From Hemiscyllium ocellatum (taxonomy: Eukaryota): a DNA stretch of 64,000 nucleotides. The translations under genes were made by a program, and so were the position numbers. Under the pieces are notes generated by a model. That model was not told the origin of the DNA. It did no database searches and saw only the letters and a program-made list of their open reading frames with translations. Location of the stretch: contig NC_083407.1 in NCBI RefSeq assembly GCF_020745735.1, positions 93,549,857-93,613,856 of the forward strand, read 5' to 3'. Of this stretch, positions 24,947-37,299 are shown piece after piece. Each line of letters begins with the position of its first letter. Within the stretch, counting starts at the first letter, position 1.

Positions 24947-26054
24947 GAGGACCATTTCCATCACAGAACACACCAGATGGCCTCTTTAAAGATCGTAATT
25001 TCCCTTCTCACGTGGTTGAAGATGCCCTCCAACGCATCTCATCCACATCCCAAAACTTTGCCCTCAAACCCCACCCCTCCAACCGTAACAAGGACAGAAC
25101 CCCCTTGGTCCTCACTTTCCACCCTACCAACCTTTGCATTAACCATATCATCCGCCGACATTTCCGCCTCCTCCAAACAGACCCCACCACCAGGGATATA
25201 TTTCCTTCCCCACCCCTTTCCGCTTTCCTCAAAGATCGTTCCCTCCGTGACTACCTGGTCAGGTCCATGCCCCCCAACAACCCACCCCCCCATCCTGGCA
25301 CCCTCCCCTGCCAACGCCGGAATTGCAAAACCTGTGCCCACACCTCCTTCCTCACCTCTATCCAAGGCTCTAAAGGAGCCTTCCACATCCATCAAAGATT
25401 CACCTGCACATCCACCAATGTTATTTGTTGCGTCTGTTGCTCCCAATGTGATCTCCTCTACATTGGGGAGACTGGTCGCCTCCTCGCAGAGCACTTCAGG
25501 GAACATCTCTGGGACACCGGGACCAATTAACCCCACTGGCCCGTGGCCCAACATTTCAACTCCCCCCATTCACTCTGCCAAGGACATGCAGGTCCTGGGC
25601 ATCCTCCACCACCTCTCCCTCACCACCCGATGCCTGGAGGAAGAACGCCTCAAATTCTGTCTCGGAATACTTCAACCCCAGGGCACCAATGTGGACTTCA
25701 CCAGTTTCCTCATTTCCCGCCCCCCCCCACCCCCCCCCCCCCCCCCCCCCCCCCCACCTTACCCATGTTCCAACCTTCCAGCTCAGCACTGCCATTATGA
25801 CCTGTCCACTTGTCAATCTCCCTTCCCACCTATCCACTCCACCCTCCCCTCTGACCTATTACCTCCATCCTCACCCCCATTCGCCTATTGTACTCCTTGC
25901 TACCTTCTCTCCAGCCCCCCGCCACCAGTTATCTCTGAACACTGGAGGCTTCCTGCCTCTATTCCTGATGAATGGCTTTTGCCTGAAAAATTGATTTTCC
26001 TGCTCCTTGGAAGCTGCCTGACCTTCAGTGCTTTTCCAGCACCACTCTGATCTA
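24947..26054 (+). mobile_element. Penelope-like (Neptune-type) element, 5'-truncated, nested
   Basis: PLVLTFHP, C-x4-C-x2-C linker and FTCTSTNVI…LYIGETGR…FREH GIY-YIG motif (25012-25530). TSD aactttaacaa[t/c]tggtg at 24930-24946 and 26055-26071. Confidence 0.88.
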
Positions 26055-26320
26055 AACTTTAACAACTGGTGTCAGCCCAGACAATGTATTGGATATTAGC
26101 ACCCTTGAGTGCTGCTGTCAGTGCCGTAATGTTTAGACTGATTATAATCTAAAAAAATGAATTAACAGACTCTTACATGGATTCATGCAGTTTTTGAGCA
26201 AAGTACAATGTAACTGAGCAATTGCAAATTCACCCACAAACTTATATGTGTATGTGTGTGAGTGCGAGTATGTGTGTATGCGCCTGTGTGTGTGGTGGGG
26301 GGAGTGGGGTTGTGAGTGCC

Positions 26321-26325
<5 letters not shown>

Positions 26326-26392
<67 letters not shown>
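26326..26392. repeat. (TG)n microsatellite, mirrored by (CA)n at about 26912-26945
   Basis: Direct reading; both lie within the PLE arms. Confidence 0.95.
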
Positions 26393-26395
<3 letters not shown>

Positions 26396-26908
26396 GAGTA
26401 TGCATGTATAGTGCAATGGTGGTCACCTGTAATGTGACATGAACCCAAGGTCCCGGTTGAGGCCCTCCCTATGGGTACCAAACTTAGCTATCAGCCTCTG
26501 CTTGGCCACTTTTCGCTGCTGCCTGTCCCAAAGTCCACCTTGGAGGATGGTCACCTGAAGGTCCAAGATCAAATGTGCCAGACCACTGAAGTGTTCTCTA
26601 ACTGGGAGGGAACACTCCTGTCTGCCGCAAAGGCTACACCAACGGATGAATGGGCACTGCAAAACAATCAACAGACAGAAGTGTTCCCTCCCAGTTGGAG
26701 AACACTTTAGCGGTCCAGGACATTCGACCTCAGACATTCGGGTGACCATCCTCCAAGGTGGACTTCGGGATCAGCAGCAGCAAAAAGTGGCCGAGCAGAG
26801 GCTGATAGCCACATTTGGTACCCATAGGGAGGGCCTCAACCGGGACTTTGGGTTCATGTCACATTACAGGTGACCACCATTGCACTACATATACACAAAC
26901 AGACACTC

Positions 26909-26951
<43 letters not shown>

Positions 26952-27380
26952 CTCACACACACAGACACTCTTACACACACACACACTTGCACACATTCAC
27001 ATGCAAGTTTGTGGGGTGAATTTGTACTTGTAGAGTTACATTGTACTTTGCTCAAAAACTGCATGAATCCATGTAAGACTCTGTTAATTCATTTTTTAGA
27101 ATAGAATCAGTCTAAACATTATGACACTGACAGCAGCACAGAGGTGTGCTAATACTCAATATATTGTGTGGCTGACACCAATTGTTAAAGTTAACTTGAG
27201 AATGTAACTTTTAAAAAATGTTTTGCGATTTATACATGAAAGAAGTGAAACTAACATGGTCATTCTATTAGATGAGAGACTTAACAAACAACCAAGGTAT
27301 TTTTCAACGTATAATTTCAGTTACATCACACTGTAAACTTTTGCCATAAATTTTGTGTCTTACAATCTTATACTCCACAA

Positions 27381-27416
27381 CCACCTGATGAAGGAGCGTC
27401 ACTCCGAAAGCTAGTG
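27381..27416 (+). ncRNA. Minimal type-I hammerhead ribozyme motif (PLE-associated)
   Basis: CAC-CUGAUGA-A-GGAG(CGUCA)CUCC-GAA-AGCU-A-GUG: catalytic core, stem II, palindromic stem III AGCU, stem I CAC/GUG. Mirror copy at 24705-24739 on the minus strand. Confidence 0.7.
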
Positions 27417-28189
27417 CTTCCAATTAAACCTGTTGGACTATAACCTGGTGTTGTGTGATTTTTAACTTTGTACACCCCAGTCCAACACCAGCATCTTCAA
27501 ATCATGACTTCACAGACACAGTCACTCTAACCCCTGGATCTCTCCACAATCACCTTCCCTTGAATCCCTTTCTTGTAAATATTCAAATTGCACCTCAAAG
27601 CTGCCACAGAAATCAGTAATATTCATCCTCAAGAAGTTCACACTTAGGGTTTGTTTCCACACTGTAGGGATTCTATGATTAATGCAAAGGAAATGGAATT
27701 TGTGAAAATTGTTACATGTAATGCGATGTCACTATTCCCTGACCATGGTTGGATAGTTTGATGCCATCAAGCGTGTCTTAACAAGTAGAGGTTGATAGTG
27801 TCATAGGGTCATAGAGATATACAGCATGGAAACAGACCCTTCAGTCTAACTCACCCATGCCAACTAGGCATCCTAACCTAATCTAGTCCCATTTGCCAGC
27901 ACTTGGCTCATATCCCTCTCAAACCTTTCCTATCCATATACCCATCCAGATGCCTTTTAAATGTTGTAATTGTACCAGCCTCTACCACTTCTTCTGGCAG
28001 TTTATTCCATACATGCATCACCCTCTGCATGAAATCGTTGTCTTAAATGAAATGTAGTTTATTTGCAGATTGCAATTAGATGTAAGTTACATTGCTAAGA
28101 TTGACAATGTTCCTAAGCTTATAAGGATACCTAGGACATAGACTGTCTCTCTACAATATCCTAAACAGCTCTGTCTGTAATGAGATCAT

Positions 28190-29460
28190 TGTAGGATCAT
28201 TCCTTTTTAAAACTTTAATCCATTGACACCTTTAGTGAAAAAACTCATTTTTGATTAAATTATAGAAACTTGGACACATCCAGTTTCTCCTCATTTCTGA
28301 TCAATGGACAAATTAAGTAACACTTTCTATATTCAAACTACCAGCCGACAATAATCTCCATTGGCTACTACATTCAATCATTCATCTTCACTTTGAAGAT
28401 TGACCACAAGTAATGGTCATATTGAGAAGAGGTGGGATGTAAATATTGAACTTCAAATTAAATAAACAGTGGGAACGTGCTGACACGTAACCTCCACATA
28501 TGAGATTTGTTCAAATATTGTGAAATAGGGCATGGTCTGTTTAAATCTCCAATCCGCTACAATATTATCCATTTCAATGATTGCTTAAAGTCTTGTGAGA
28601 TTCTGTTTTGAATGTTTGATGTTGTTAATTGAAATCTAACTCCTGTTTTTGTTGAATTTGGCACATTTTCAATTTCACAACTTTCTTCTTTATTGATCTG
28701 CTGAATGCTTGGCTTCTCTTGATTTTTCCCCTCCTCCTCATCAACCCTGTTCCCCTCCCACATTAAACCTTGAGCCTCCTCAAAGCGTCATGGAGCCGGG
28801 AAGGCAGGAACCCCTAACCATTGACTTTTCCACGTGTCAATAATCCCCCAAACTAAAATAAATCTCTGGATGTAGCGCCTACACATGTAGAGTTAAATGG
28901 TTTCTGTTGTCAGGAGTAAGTTACAGCTATAGAGAAGCTCTGGCATTTCACTCAATGGTTTCTTTTCAGAAACCTCCTCAGATTCAGAAAATGTTGATGT
29001 TGATCTGAAGTGTTGCTCATGACATTAAGACCGCAAAAATTAATGGCCAAAACCTACTGTACCCGCAACATTGAAATGCACAAGTCAAGTCAAGACAAAC
29101 CATTAACTGTAGATGTTATTGATACTAGATGCCCACAATGCTGTGTATATTGCTTGCTTATCATTAAATTGCATTGGCATGAAGTGATATGCACAGAGTT
29201 TGGCATTAACTCAGCAAACATATTCATTGAATGAAAGCAAATATAAGAAAATTAACTACAATGTGATGCAGCAGTCAATTTGTGCTCAGAATATCAGGCA
29301 ATGGAGGAGATTCACTTGATTTGTCTATTGCTCACAGATAAGAAAATTAAGTGTTCAACTCTGTCTCTGAGGGTTGCTGTAAAGCAACATAAAATCCTCA
29401 GAGCAGTGTATGAGATGACACATGTTGCACAAACCATGAACTCATGAGTTCCAGGACCAT
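28190..29460 (+). promoter_or_regulatory. Paralogous upstream non-coding block (candidate enhancer core about 28790-28950)
   Basis: Colinear similarity to about 52255-53510, with a core of about 75 nt nearly identical. A diverged third copy lies at about 2790-2945. Confidence 0.5.
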
Positions 29461-31242
29461 ATTTGGTTATGACTAGCTAGAACATTACAGACAGTCCCCA
29501 GTTGGAAATGGGTTCTGTTTGAAAGTCAATTTGTACACAAGTTGAAACACAATGCAGAAGAACCTAAAGTAGCCATTCATACATACAAGGAAATTTTCAT
29601 ACAGCGGATATTTAAAGTTACATCCCTGTATGGGATTATGTTCATAAGTACAAGCATTTGTAAGACAGATGTTTGTAAACTGGGGAAACCTACATCAGCT
29701 AGCATTTATCTTGCATCATCTGCAATATAATTTGCTGCTGAAAGTTATTAAGCATATACCATGACAACAGAATAACAAGGACAGTGGCTTTTGGGGACCA
29801 TGATGCATGATGGGAACAACTGTCTATCTGCTAAAGCGATGATACATAAGAGATGAAAGAAACAAATTGATGACAGAGAAGGAGTTCTTGTGAATGTCAA
29901 AGTCAATTATCAACAAGAAATATAGAGAAGAGAAGAAAGTTAGCATATGAGAGAGAAAGGTTAAATCCATGAAGAAGCTTAATATTTTAAGTGTTACATT
30001 TTAAAAATCTCCATAGCAATTGACTACTTGCATGAGTAAAACTCAACGTTATAAATCACTTCCCTGCTAGGATCCAGAGATTGATGAACATTGTGGTCAT
30101 AATTATCTCTTTGTTTAACAAAAAAAGGTAAATCGCACCTTCAAACTCTCTGCTGTGTTTAACAGGTAATTGATGTGCAAGTCCAACAAGTTATTAAAAC
30201 TAACTAGAAGATTGGCATAATGACAGATCAACACCTTGGATATTGTTAAGATTTAACTTGAAGTTGCGGCTTTTTTAGAAAAAAATACTACAATCTCCTT
30301 CCACTCAGCAGAAAGTTAGCTCTTGCAGACATTATGTGTTTTGGTCTTCCAGGAATGTGCAAAAGCAGGATGATGAACGAAAGGCAGTGTTGACAATCCA
30401 GAGTGTGCATTAGTGTGCTTTGAAGGTCACAAGTCTAAGGAAAGGCATTTAAGCACTTCTGCCAGACAGGTAAATAAAAAGAGAAAAACACTCTGATTCG
30501 AAGCACTGGAAACTAATTAGCTAGCAAGCTGGGCAGAAAGAAACAAAAAAACTGTCTCTGTCTGCTCAAAACCAAATGACTAATAACTATGATGGAGGAT
30601 GAACAGGACAAAAGAATTTTGTTCAACTTAACAAAGCCAAAAGACTTGAAATCAACTAGTGAACTATCAATGTCAACAATGCTAATAGGATTCAACAACC
30701 ATAATATTCAACTATCTGCTCTTCATGAACAGACACTGATTCTTATACTTCATTTTTAACTCTTATTTTTGAGAACTCACCTCCTATTTTGATTCTGCAT
30801 GTATGTATATTGTGTTGCTAAACTGTTTTTTTTAATTCATGAAAGCCAGTTTAAATCTGCTCCTTTTTAAAGATACATTTATTTGGGTCTGGGAGACAGG
30901 TATTCACAAGGGAATGGATCCTTTCCATGTTCAGCCTTGCTATAAAAAAACAAGAGGGGCTGGTAAATAATGCAGGGGAACCAATTCATTCCACCTCACC
31001 TGGCAGATTAAAAGTTTGAAGTAGAATCATAGAATCCCTACCATGTAAAAGAGGCCAGTCAGTCCATTGAGTCTGCACTGATCTTCCAGGATCACCCCAA
31101 CCAGACCCTGCCCCTCACCTTATCCCTGCAACGCTACATTTCCCAAGGTCGATTCACCTAACCTTCTCATCTTTGAACCCTGGAACTATAACAAATTGGG
31201 TACCTCGGCTAGGGACCAATTGCAACAAGATTGTAGCAATAT

Positions 31243-31530
31243 GGGATGGCACGGTGGCTCAGTGGTTAGTACTGCTGTCTCACAGTGCTAGGGACCTGGG
31301 TTCGAATCCAGCCTTGGGCGACCGTCTCTGTGGAGCTTGCACATTCTGCCTGTGTCTGCGTGAGTTTCCCCTGGGTGCTCTGGCTTCCTCCCACAGTCCA
31401 AAGATGTGTAGGCCAGGTGGATTGGCCATGGAAAATGCAGGTTTACAGGGATAGGGTAAAGGAGCTGGGACATTCTTTGAATGGTCAGTGTGGATGCAAT
31501 GGGCCGAACAGCCTGTTTCCATACTGAAGG
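31243..31530 (+). mobile_element. HE1-type SINE upstream of paralog 2
   Basis: A/B boxes, V-domain-like body. Confidence 0.8.
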
Positions 31531-31809
31531 GATTCCAAGAAGTACAGGAAAGTGGAGTCAATTGACCAACATGTTCTACAAATTCACAGTACATGGTGCA
31601 TGCTTTCAATACCTGAGCTTGAAAAATAATTTGTGCAATAAAAATGATGTGCATTGTACAATGATGATTTTTGCAATAACAATTGATTGAACATTAGCCC
31701 CATATGTTTTGTGTACTGAATGTGTACATCACATTTAGCCATATAAATATTGGAGAACTGACATGCAGTTTGTGCAAATTATAGCAGATAATTTCCTGTC
31801 CTCCTGTCA

Positions 31810-32076
31810 ATTCATAATTTCACATACTGAGAAATAATCTGATCTCACCAAATCTAAACATGATGACGGTACTGGGAGGAAGCTCTGCCCATATTTGAGC
31901 CACTTGGCAGCAGCTTCCCCTGCCCAGGACCAAACTGAGTAAATATGAGTCAGTGTTTGATTGTGGTGAAGGCGCGAGAATATAAAGACTGAACGCAGCA
32001 AGGAAAGGGCAGAGCAAGAGAGAGAAGCAGCTCCTTTACTCTGAGAAAGCAGCCAGCTGATCACACAAGAGGCAGA
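31810..32076 (+). promoter_or_regulatory. Proximal promoter and 5' UTR of paralog 2
   Basis: TATAAA 31981-31986; GTAAATA 31939-31945; TGAGTCA 31946-31952; TGTTTGAT 31954-31961. Confidence 0.75.
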
Positions 32077-35000
32077 ATGAAAGCCTTCCTCCTCACCATT
32101 GCTGCAGTGCAGATTCTCCACTGCTCAGGTAGGTCCCAGAGAGAGAGAGCGGCTCCTCATCAACCAATGATTTATTGCCTCAGATATCAGTGAGGTGTAA
32201 AAATAATGTGCTGAAGAGTTCTGAAATGTTTTGCACAACTTATCCTTTTCTCTACTGACAGGAATACCGAGCCCTAAGGATGCTCTGAGAGCGTCTGTTA
32301 TAAAACTGAACCAAATCACCGAGACCAGCAATCTGTGTGGGATAACCAGGAGAAGGGTGAAGGATGTAAGTGTATCCTGATCTCAGTCTGTATCACTCTG
32401 TGAACTGTACAAGAGTATTACTGAGTGGAGAGTGACACAGATATAATATGCAGAATATTATATTACTCTCACACTTCTAGGTGAATAAGTACATTAGATA
32501 GAGTAGAAAATGTGTTGCTGGAAAAGCGCAGCAGGTCAGGCAGCATCCAAGAAGCAGGAGAATCGACGTTTCGGGCATGAGCCCTTCTTCAGGAATGCCC
32601 AAAACGTCGATTCTCCTGCTCCTTCTCCTGCTGCACTTTTCCAGCAACACATTTTCAGCTCTGATCTCCAGCATCTGCAGTCCTCACTTTCTCCATTAGA
32701 TAGAGTAGGTCACTAATGAACTGCTTCCTCTCATTAGATTCATCGCACAGGAAAATTGTCATACAATGTGGATTTAACATTCTCTGTGAAAGAAACTGTC
32801 TGCTCCAAGAATTCTGGACTGGAATTTGATGATCCCAGCTGCAACTTCCGTCCCAGAAAGTCTGCTGTAAGTTCTAAATTACATTGTCACACTCAAACCA
32901 TCATGTGTGTATGACAAAGGGTTGAGTTACATCTAGAGTTGAGTTACACATATTGAGTTACATCTAGAAAAACCTTGTGCATTTGAATTCTATATCATAG
33001 ATAAAACTGTTTATAGTGAGATATATGGTAGAAAGTGCATTGTGCACTGCTTTGTAGTATGGCAATATTGAGTGTAATTTTAATTAAATCTGTTTTGACA
33101 GGAGAAAGGCTTTTGCAAAAGTCGCATTGAATATTATGCTGATGAGGTTATCAACGTTGATGTGGAGTGTCAAGGACTGAAGACATTTGACAGGAAAAGT
33201 GGATCATTTGAGTCAAGTGAAAACAGTGTTGAGGTAAACTCAACATTATATACAACAAGATACTGGAATATTTTACATTTCAGATTGTGTAGCATTGAGT
33301 TTCTGCGCTGATTATAGAAATGTTAATATTTTCTTACAGGTCAAAACTAAATCAAAAGGCAAAGAGATGAAGAAATCATTGAAAGTAAGTAGAAACTGGG
33401 AATTCTGTAAAAGTAATTTCTTCCTGGTCCAAATTATCTACAAAACTGCATCAAATCCAGAATCCAGATATAATACATGAGTTAGTCATGACTGACAGTT
33501 AATTCCAATAATTTGTACTTTTACCAAAATTGCAGACTGAATATCTAAGAGTATTTAGGAAGGGCAGACTAAAATAAAAAAGAATTGGGATGGGATTGTT
33601 ACTAAAATATGGAATCATTGCAATTGTGAGAAAGTGTGAGTACAGAAAATGTTGATGTGGAATCTATCTAGGTGGAACTAAGAATCTACAAAGAACAGAA
33701 AATTATTAGTGGGTGTTGTCTGCAGACCTGCAAACAAAATGATGAGATAGGTGTTGATATTAAAGCAAAAGTTAGGGATGCCTGCAACAAAAAGGGTGAG
33801 AGATTAATTGTGGCTGGCTTTAATCAACATATAGTTTGGTCAAACCAATTTAGCACTATTGATGCGGTGGGTGAACTCAGAATGAGGAGTGAATTGCCAA
33901 TTTACTTCAGTCTGAAAAATTGTAGGTGGGGTGTCTGATGTTTGAAATCACATACACATAAAGGGTCTTGCCCTTCCATGAAGGTATAGTCAGTAGAATA
34001 TCCACAGCTCTAGGTAAGATGGCATCAGGAGAACTATCTTTCTTACATTATCAACAGTAGTAGCTTCTAATTACTGGCACTTCCACTAGGGGACAATGTT
34101 GGGTGGGGGGGGGCACTGCATATTCAATGGAGAATCTCATTCTTCGTTGGTTTACCCATCAACACCAAAGCCCGACTGTTCTAGGATGGGCTCAGTTCTT
34201 GCAGCACTGGAGAACAGGAGCCATTTGGTTCATTCAAGTACTGAATCCCGATTCCAAAATTTACAAGTGCTGTCACTTCCTCAGTTACAATCTGACATAA
34301 TTTAGAACTTACATTTTGAGGTGGTTCTAAAACTCAGGATTTAGAAAGAAAATTAAACATTTAAATCTGAATGTTTTACTCCAGGTAAAAAACAAGTCAA
34401 CAGAAACATCACTTGAGGACTCTCTGGATGTGAGTATCTATATTAGTTATTTACCTTTCTATCTCTTCATGGAGAATCCTCATTATAGTTTATCCATGGG
34501 GTAGGCTGAGGAGGTTGTTCACAAGAACTACCTCAAATGGATCAGGAATTAAGCCCATGTTGTTGGCATTATTCTGCATCAAATTCTTGACAATAAGCTG
34601 ATATACCATCAGATAATTAGCAACCCAACCTGTTGGAATCTGAGTTCAGGTGCATCACAATATAGTCTGAGGATTGTTATTGACTGAATGCCCACCCAGA
34701 GGCAGTAACAGACAAAATCCTGAAGATCATTTACTATTAGGCTGTTCATTTTTGTTTGTGGATTGCTGGGATGATGCTTAATGGATATTAGTAGTTTCCT
34801 AAATCACAGAATTTTCTAGAATCATAGGAAATACTTTCCTGTGACAAGAACTAGAATAGCAGGATGCATAACTGATGGTTTCATGAGGGTAGCATAATTT
34901 ACTGTCTCTTCATGTAACTGAAACACAGATACATTGAAAATATTAGCAGAAGTAGGCCACTCAGCCCTTTCAGTACAACCTGCCTCAATCTCAACTCCAT

Positions 35001-36639
35001 GTTCTCAGTCTCCTGTTAGCACTTAGCCTCTGGAAATCTATCTATTGATTTCTTAAGTATGTGAGGTGACATCTCTCTACTGCCTGCTGTGGTTAGGAAT
35101 TCCACAGCTTTACAATCCCCTGAATGAAGAGATTTTTCCTCATCTCAGCTCAGAATAGCCGATCTCATCTCCTGAGACTGTGATCCCTTGTTTTGGACCT
35201 CCCCAGTCCTGAGAAACATTATTCCTATTTCCAGTCTCTCCAAGCAGTCAGAAAGGTATTTGCTTAATGAATTTCTCTCTCATTCTTCCAAACTCCAGTG
35301 AATATATGTCCAGTCGACCTAAGCTTTACTCATATGACAAACTTGCCATCTCAGGAATCACTGTCATGAACCTTCACTGCACTCCCTCAAGGCCAAGTAT
35401 ATCTCCTTAGGTAAAGAGACTAAGACTGCACCCAACACTCTAACTGTGCTCTTACCAAACTATAGTAAAACTTCCTTGCTCCTGTACTTAAACCCTCTTG
35501 CAAAGAAGGCCGACAAATCATTTGCCTTTCTAAATGATTGTATGTTTGCTTTCAATGATTGGTTTACAAGGATAGCTTGGTCTCTTTGTTCATCAAGTTT
35601 TCCCAATCTATCATAACTTAAAAAAAATTGGCTAATTTTTTTAAGAGGTTAGCTTAGTAAACTGCATTTGCCTTGCCTTACCTTCCCACTCACTCAATTT
35701 GTTAAAATCACCCTGAAGTGCCTATTCCTCCTCCCCACTACTCACATTTTTGTTAGCAAATTTGGAAATATTGCATTTGAATCCCTCATCAAATCATTGA
35801 TAGATATTGTAAAAATCTAGGAACCTAATCAAAAGGATAGTAGGAAAGATAATACTTACTAGTTTCTGTGACAGTGTCAACAAAATACACAACAACCAGT
35901 GGAGAATCTCACTCTCCCTTAGCTTATCATCAATAGCACAGTTCCAGTGTCCCAGGGTTGATTAAGTATTGCTGCATTTAAGAACACAAGACTCCATTCC
36001 AGCACTGAGTCACTAAATCGCAACTCTGAAATTCAAAGCGTTGTCACTTTTCATTTATAATCTAATACCATTTAATCCTCTTGTTTACAGACTATTCTAT
36101 AAATCAAGTTTATTTATTAAGTGCTGAACGTTTCAATCATAATTTTCCAATCTAGGTGGAAAGCAAGTCTACAGAAATGTCACAAGAGGATTCCCTAAAT
36201 GTGAGTATAATCAGTGATTTTGTGTCAGATGCTTATTAATAAAATGAAGTGTGATATATTTCTGAATTTTTATTAAACTATATGTGTCTAGAGAATAAAA
36301 AGTTCAAGAGTTAACATATCCTCATTGGTGAAATCAGTGGTTTAAAGATAATCCGATAACTCAATATTAGTTATGAAATGTTTCACTAATTATCCATGGT
36401 AAATAGATAAATCTGAATATTTTAATACAGGTGGATAGTAAATCAACAGAGATATCCTTTGAAGTGTCTTCAAACGTGAGTATAAATTGAGATTTTATGA
36501 CAAAACATTGCCTCGTGATCATGATCGTCAATGAAATAAAATACTGAACTCAATCTGAACCTAGTCCATCTGAAAATGACCATTATCTTCATTCTGTTCA
36601 TTCCAGGAACACCATGATGATTCAAGAGCCCGACACTAA
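32077..36639 (+). CDS. spp2: SPP2-like paralog 2; 9 coding exons, 209 aa
   Basis: Exons: 32077-32128, 32262-32365 (…KLNQITETSNLCGITRRRVKD), 32738-32866 (IHRTGKLSYNVDLTFSVKETVCSKNSGLEFDDPSCNFRPRKSA), 33102-33233 (EKGFCKSRIEYYADEVINVDVECQGLKTFDRKSGSFESSENSVE), 33340-33384 (VKTKSKGKEMKKSLK), 34385-34429 (VKNKSTETSLEDSLD), 36156-36200 (VESKSTEMSQEDSLN), 36431-36475 (VDSKSTEISFEVSSN), 36607-36639 (EHHDDSRARH*). Exon sizes and phases are the same as paralog 1, splice sites are canonical and there are no internal stops. Confidence 0.88.
32507..32693. mobile_element. Palindromic Penelope pLTR insertion in intron 2 of paralog 2
   Basis: Inverted arms; 15-bp TSD cattagatagagtag at 32492-32506 and 32694-32708; hammerhead core at 32561-32596 on the minus strand. 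Confidence 0.82.
34940..35820 (-). mobile_element. Decayed CR1/L2-type LINE 3' part in intron 6 of paralog 2
   Basis: Reverse-strand similarity to the LINE 3' ends elsewhere in the window. Confidence 0.65.
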
Positions 36640-36847
36640 GCAGGAATGCAACTTCGGAAAAGTCAAACCTGACGTGAACACAACACCTCATTCTGATTAA
36701 AGAAGATGAATCATTGTACTTGAACATTTATAAAAGTGATGGGACCTGTGGTTCCTGACTGTATATTTTACTATAACTGGAAAGTTCTAAAGTTTGTAAA
36801 TGTTCTGTTCTTCATTGTATGTTGTCGCCTTGTACTTTGTGGATCAC

Positions 36848-36853
36848 ATTAAA
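36848..36853 (+). terminator. Probable polyadenylation signal (ATTAAA) of paralog 2
   Basis: Homologous position to 18554; downstream tgttgtttc. Confidence 0.55.
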
Positions 36854-37299
36854 CATGTAAAGCGAATATCTCCTGATATTTCTCCGAATGTTGTTTCTCA
36901 TTTCACTCATTGGATGGGGACTCAGAAAGACATAGCACCTAAACTAAAGTGTTACATACTGTGACCAGACCTCTCAAGTAATTGGTGGTCAGGTTTTCTC
37001 AAATGGCTGGGGGATTGGAACTGCTCAGTTGAAACAGGATGAATGAGGATGGTAACATGGAATTGTATGAAGTCCGCTTACTTCATTCTGTAGACATTCA
37101 AATCATTAGGTTTGCCTGGTCCTTAAAACTGTCACAGCCGAGCTTTGTTCAGGCAGAGATATGAACAGTCAGTTTATTTGGATTTTACCTTGTTGGATTC
37201 TCATCTTAAATTCAAGGAGAGGTATCACTGGATAATTGATGATTAAAAGAAGCACAAATCAGGATCGACAAAAAAGAAAACAAAAATAAAACATATCCA

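Larger units (their letters stand above)
24653..27507. mobile_element. Penelope-like element as a long inverted repeat (centre near 26625), left arm interrupted by a second PLE
   Basis: Both arms encode the GIY-YIG C-terminus (PVGEHFSGPGH…EQRLIAxFGTHREGLNRD) followed by (CA)n and a pLTR with a hammerhead core. TSD cttcacaga[t/c]aca at 24640-24652 and 27508-27520. Confidence 0.82.

Noticed and set aside
24941-26050. 369-aa Pro-rich ORF
   Set aside because: It is largely an alternative frame of the Penelope element plus a poly-C tract; the meaningful frame is 25012-25530.
26142-27104. His/Thr-repeat ORFs
   Set aside because: Translations of (CA)n/(TG)n microsatellites.
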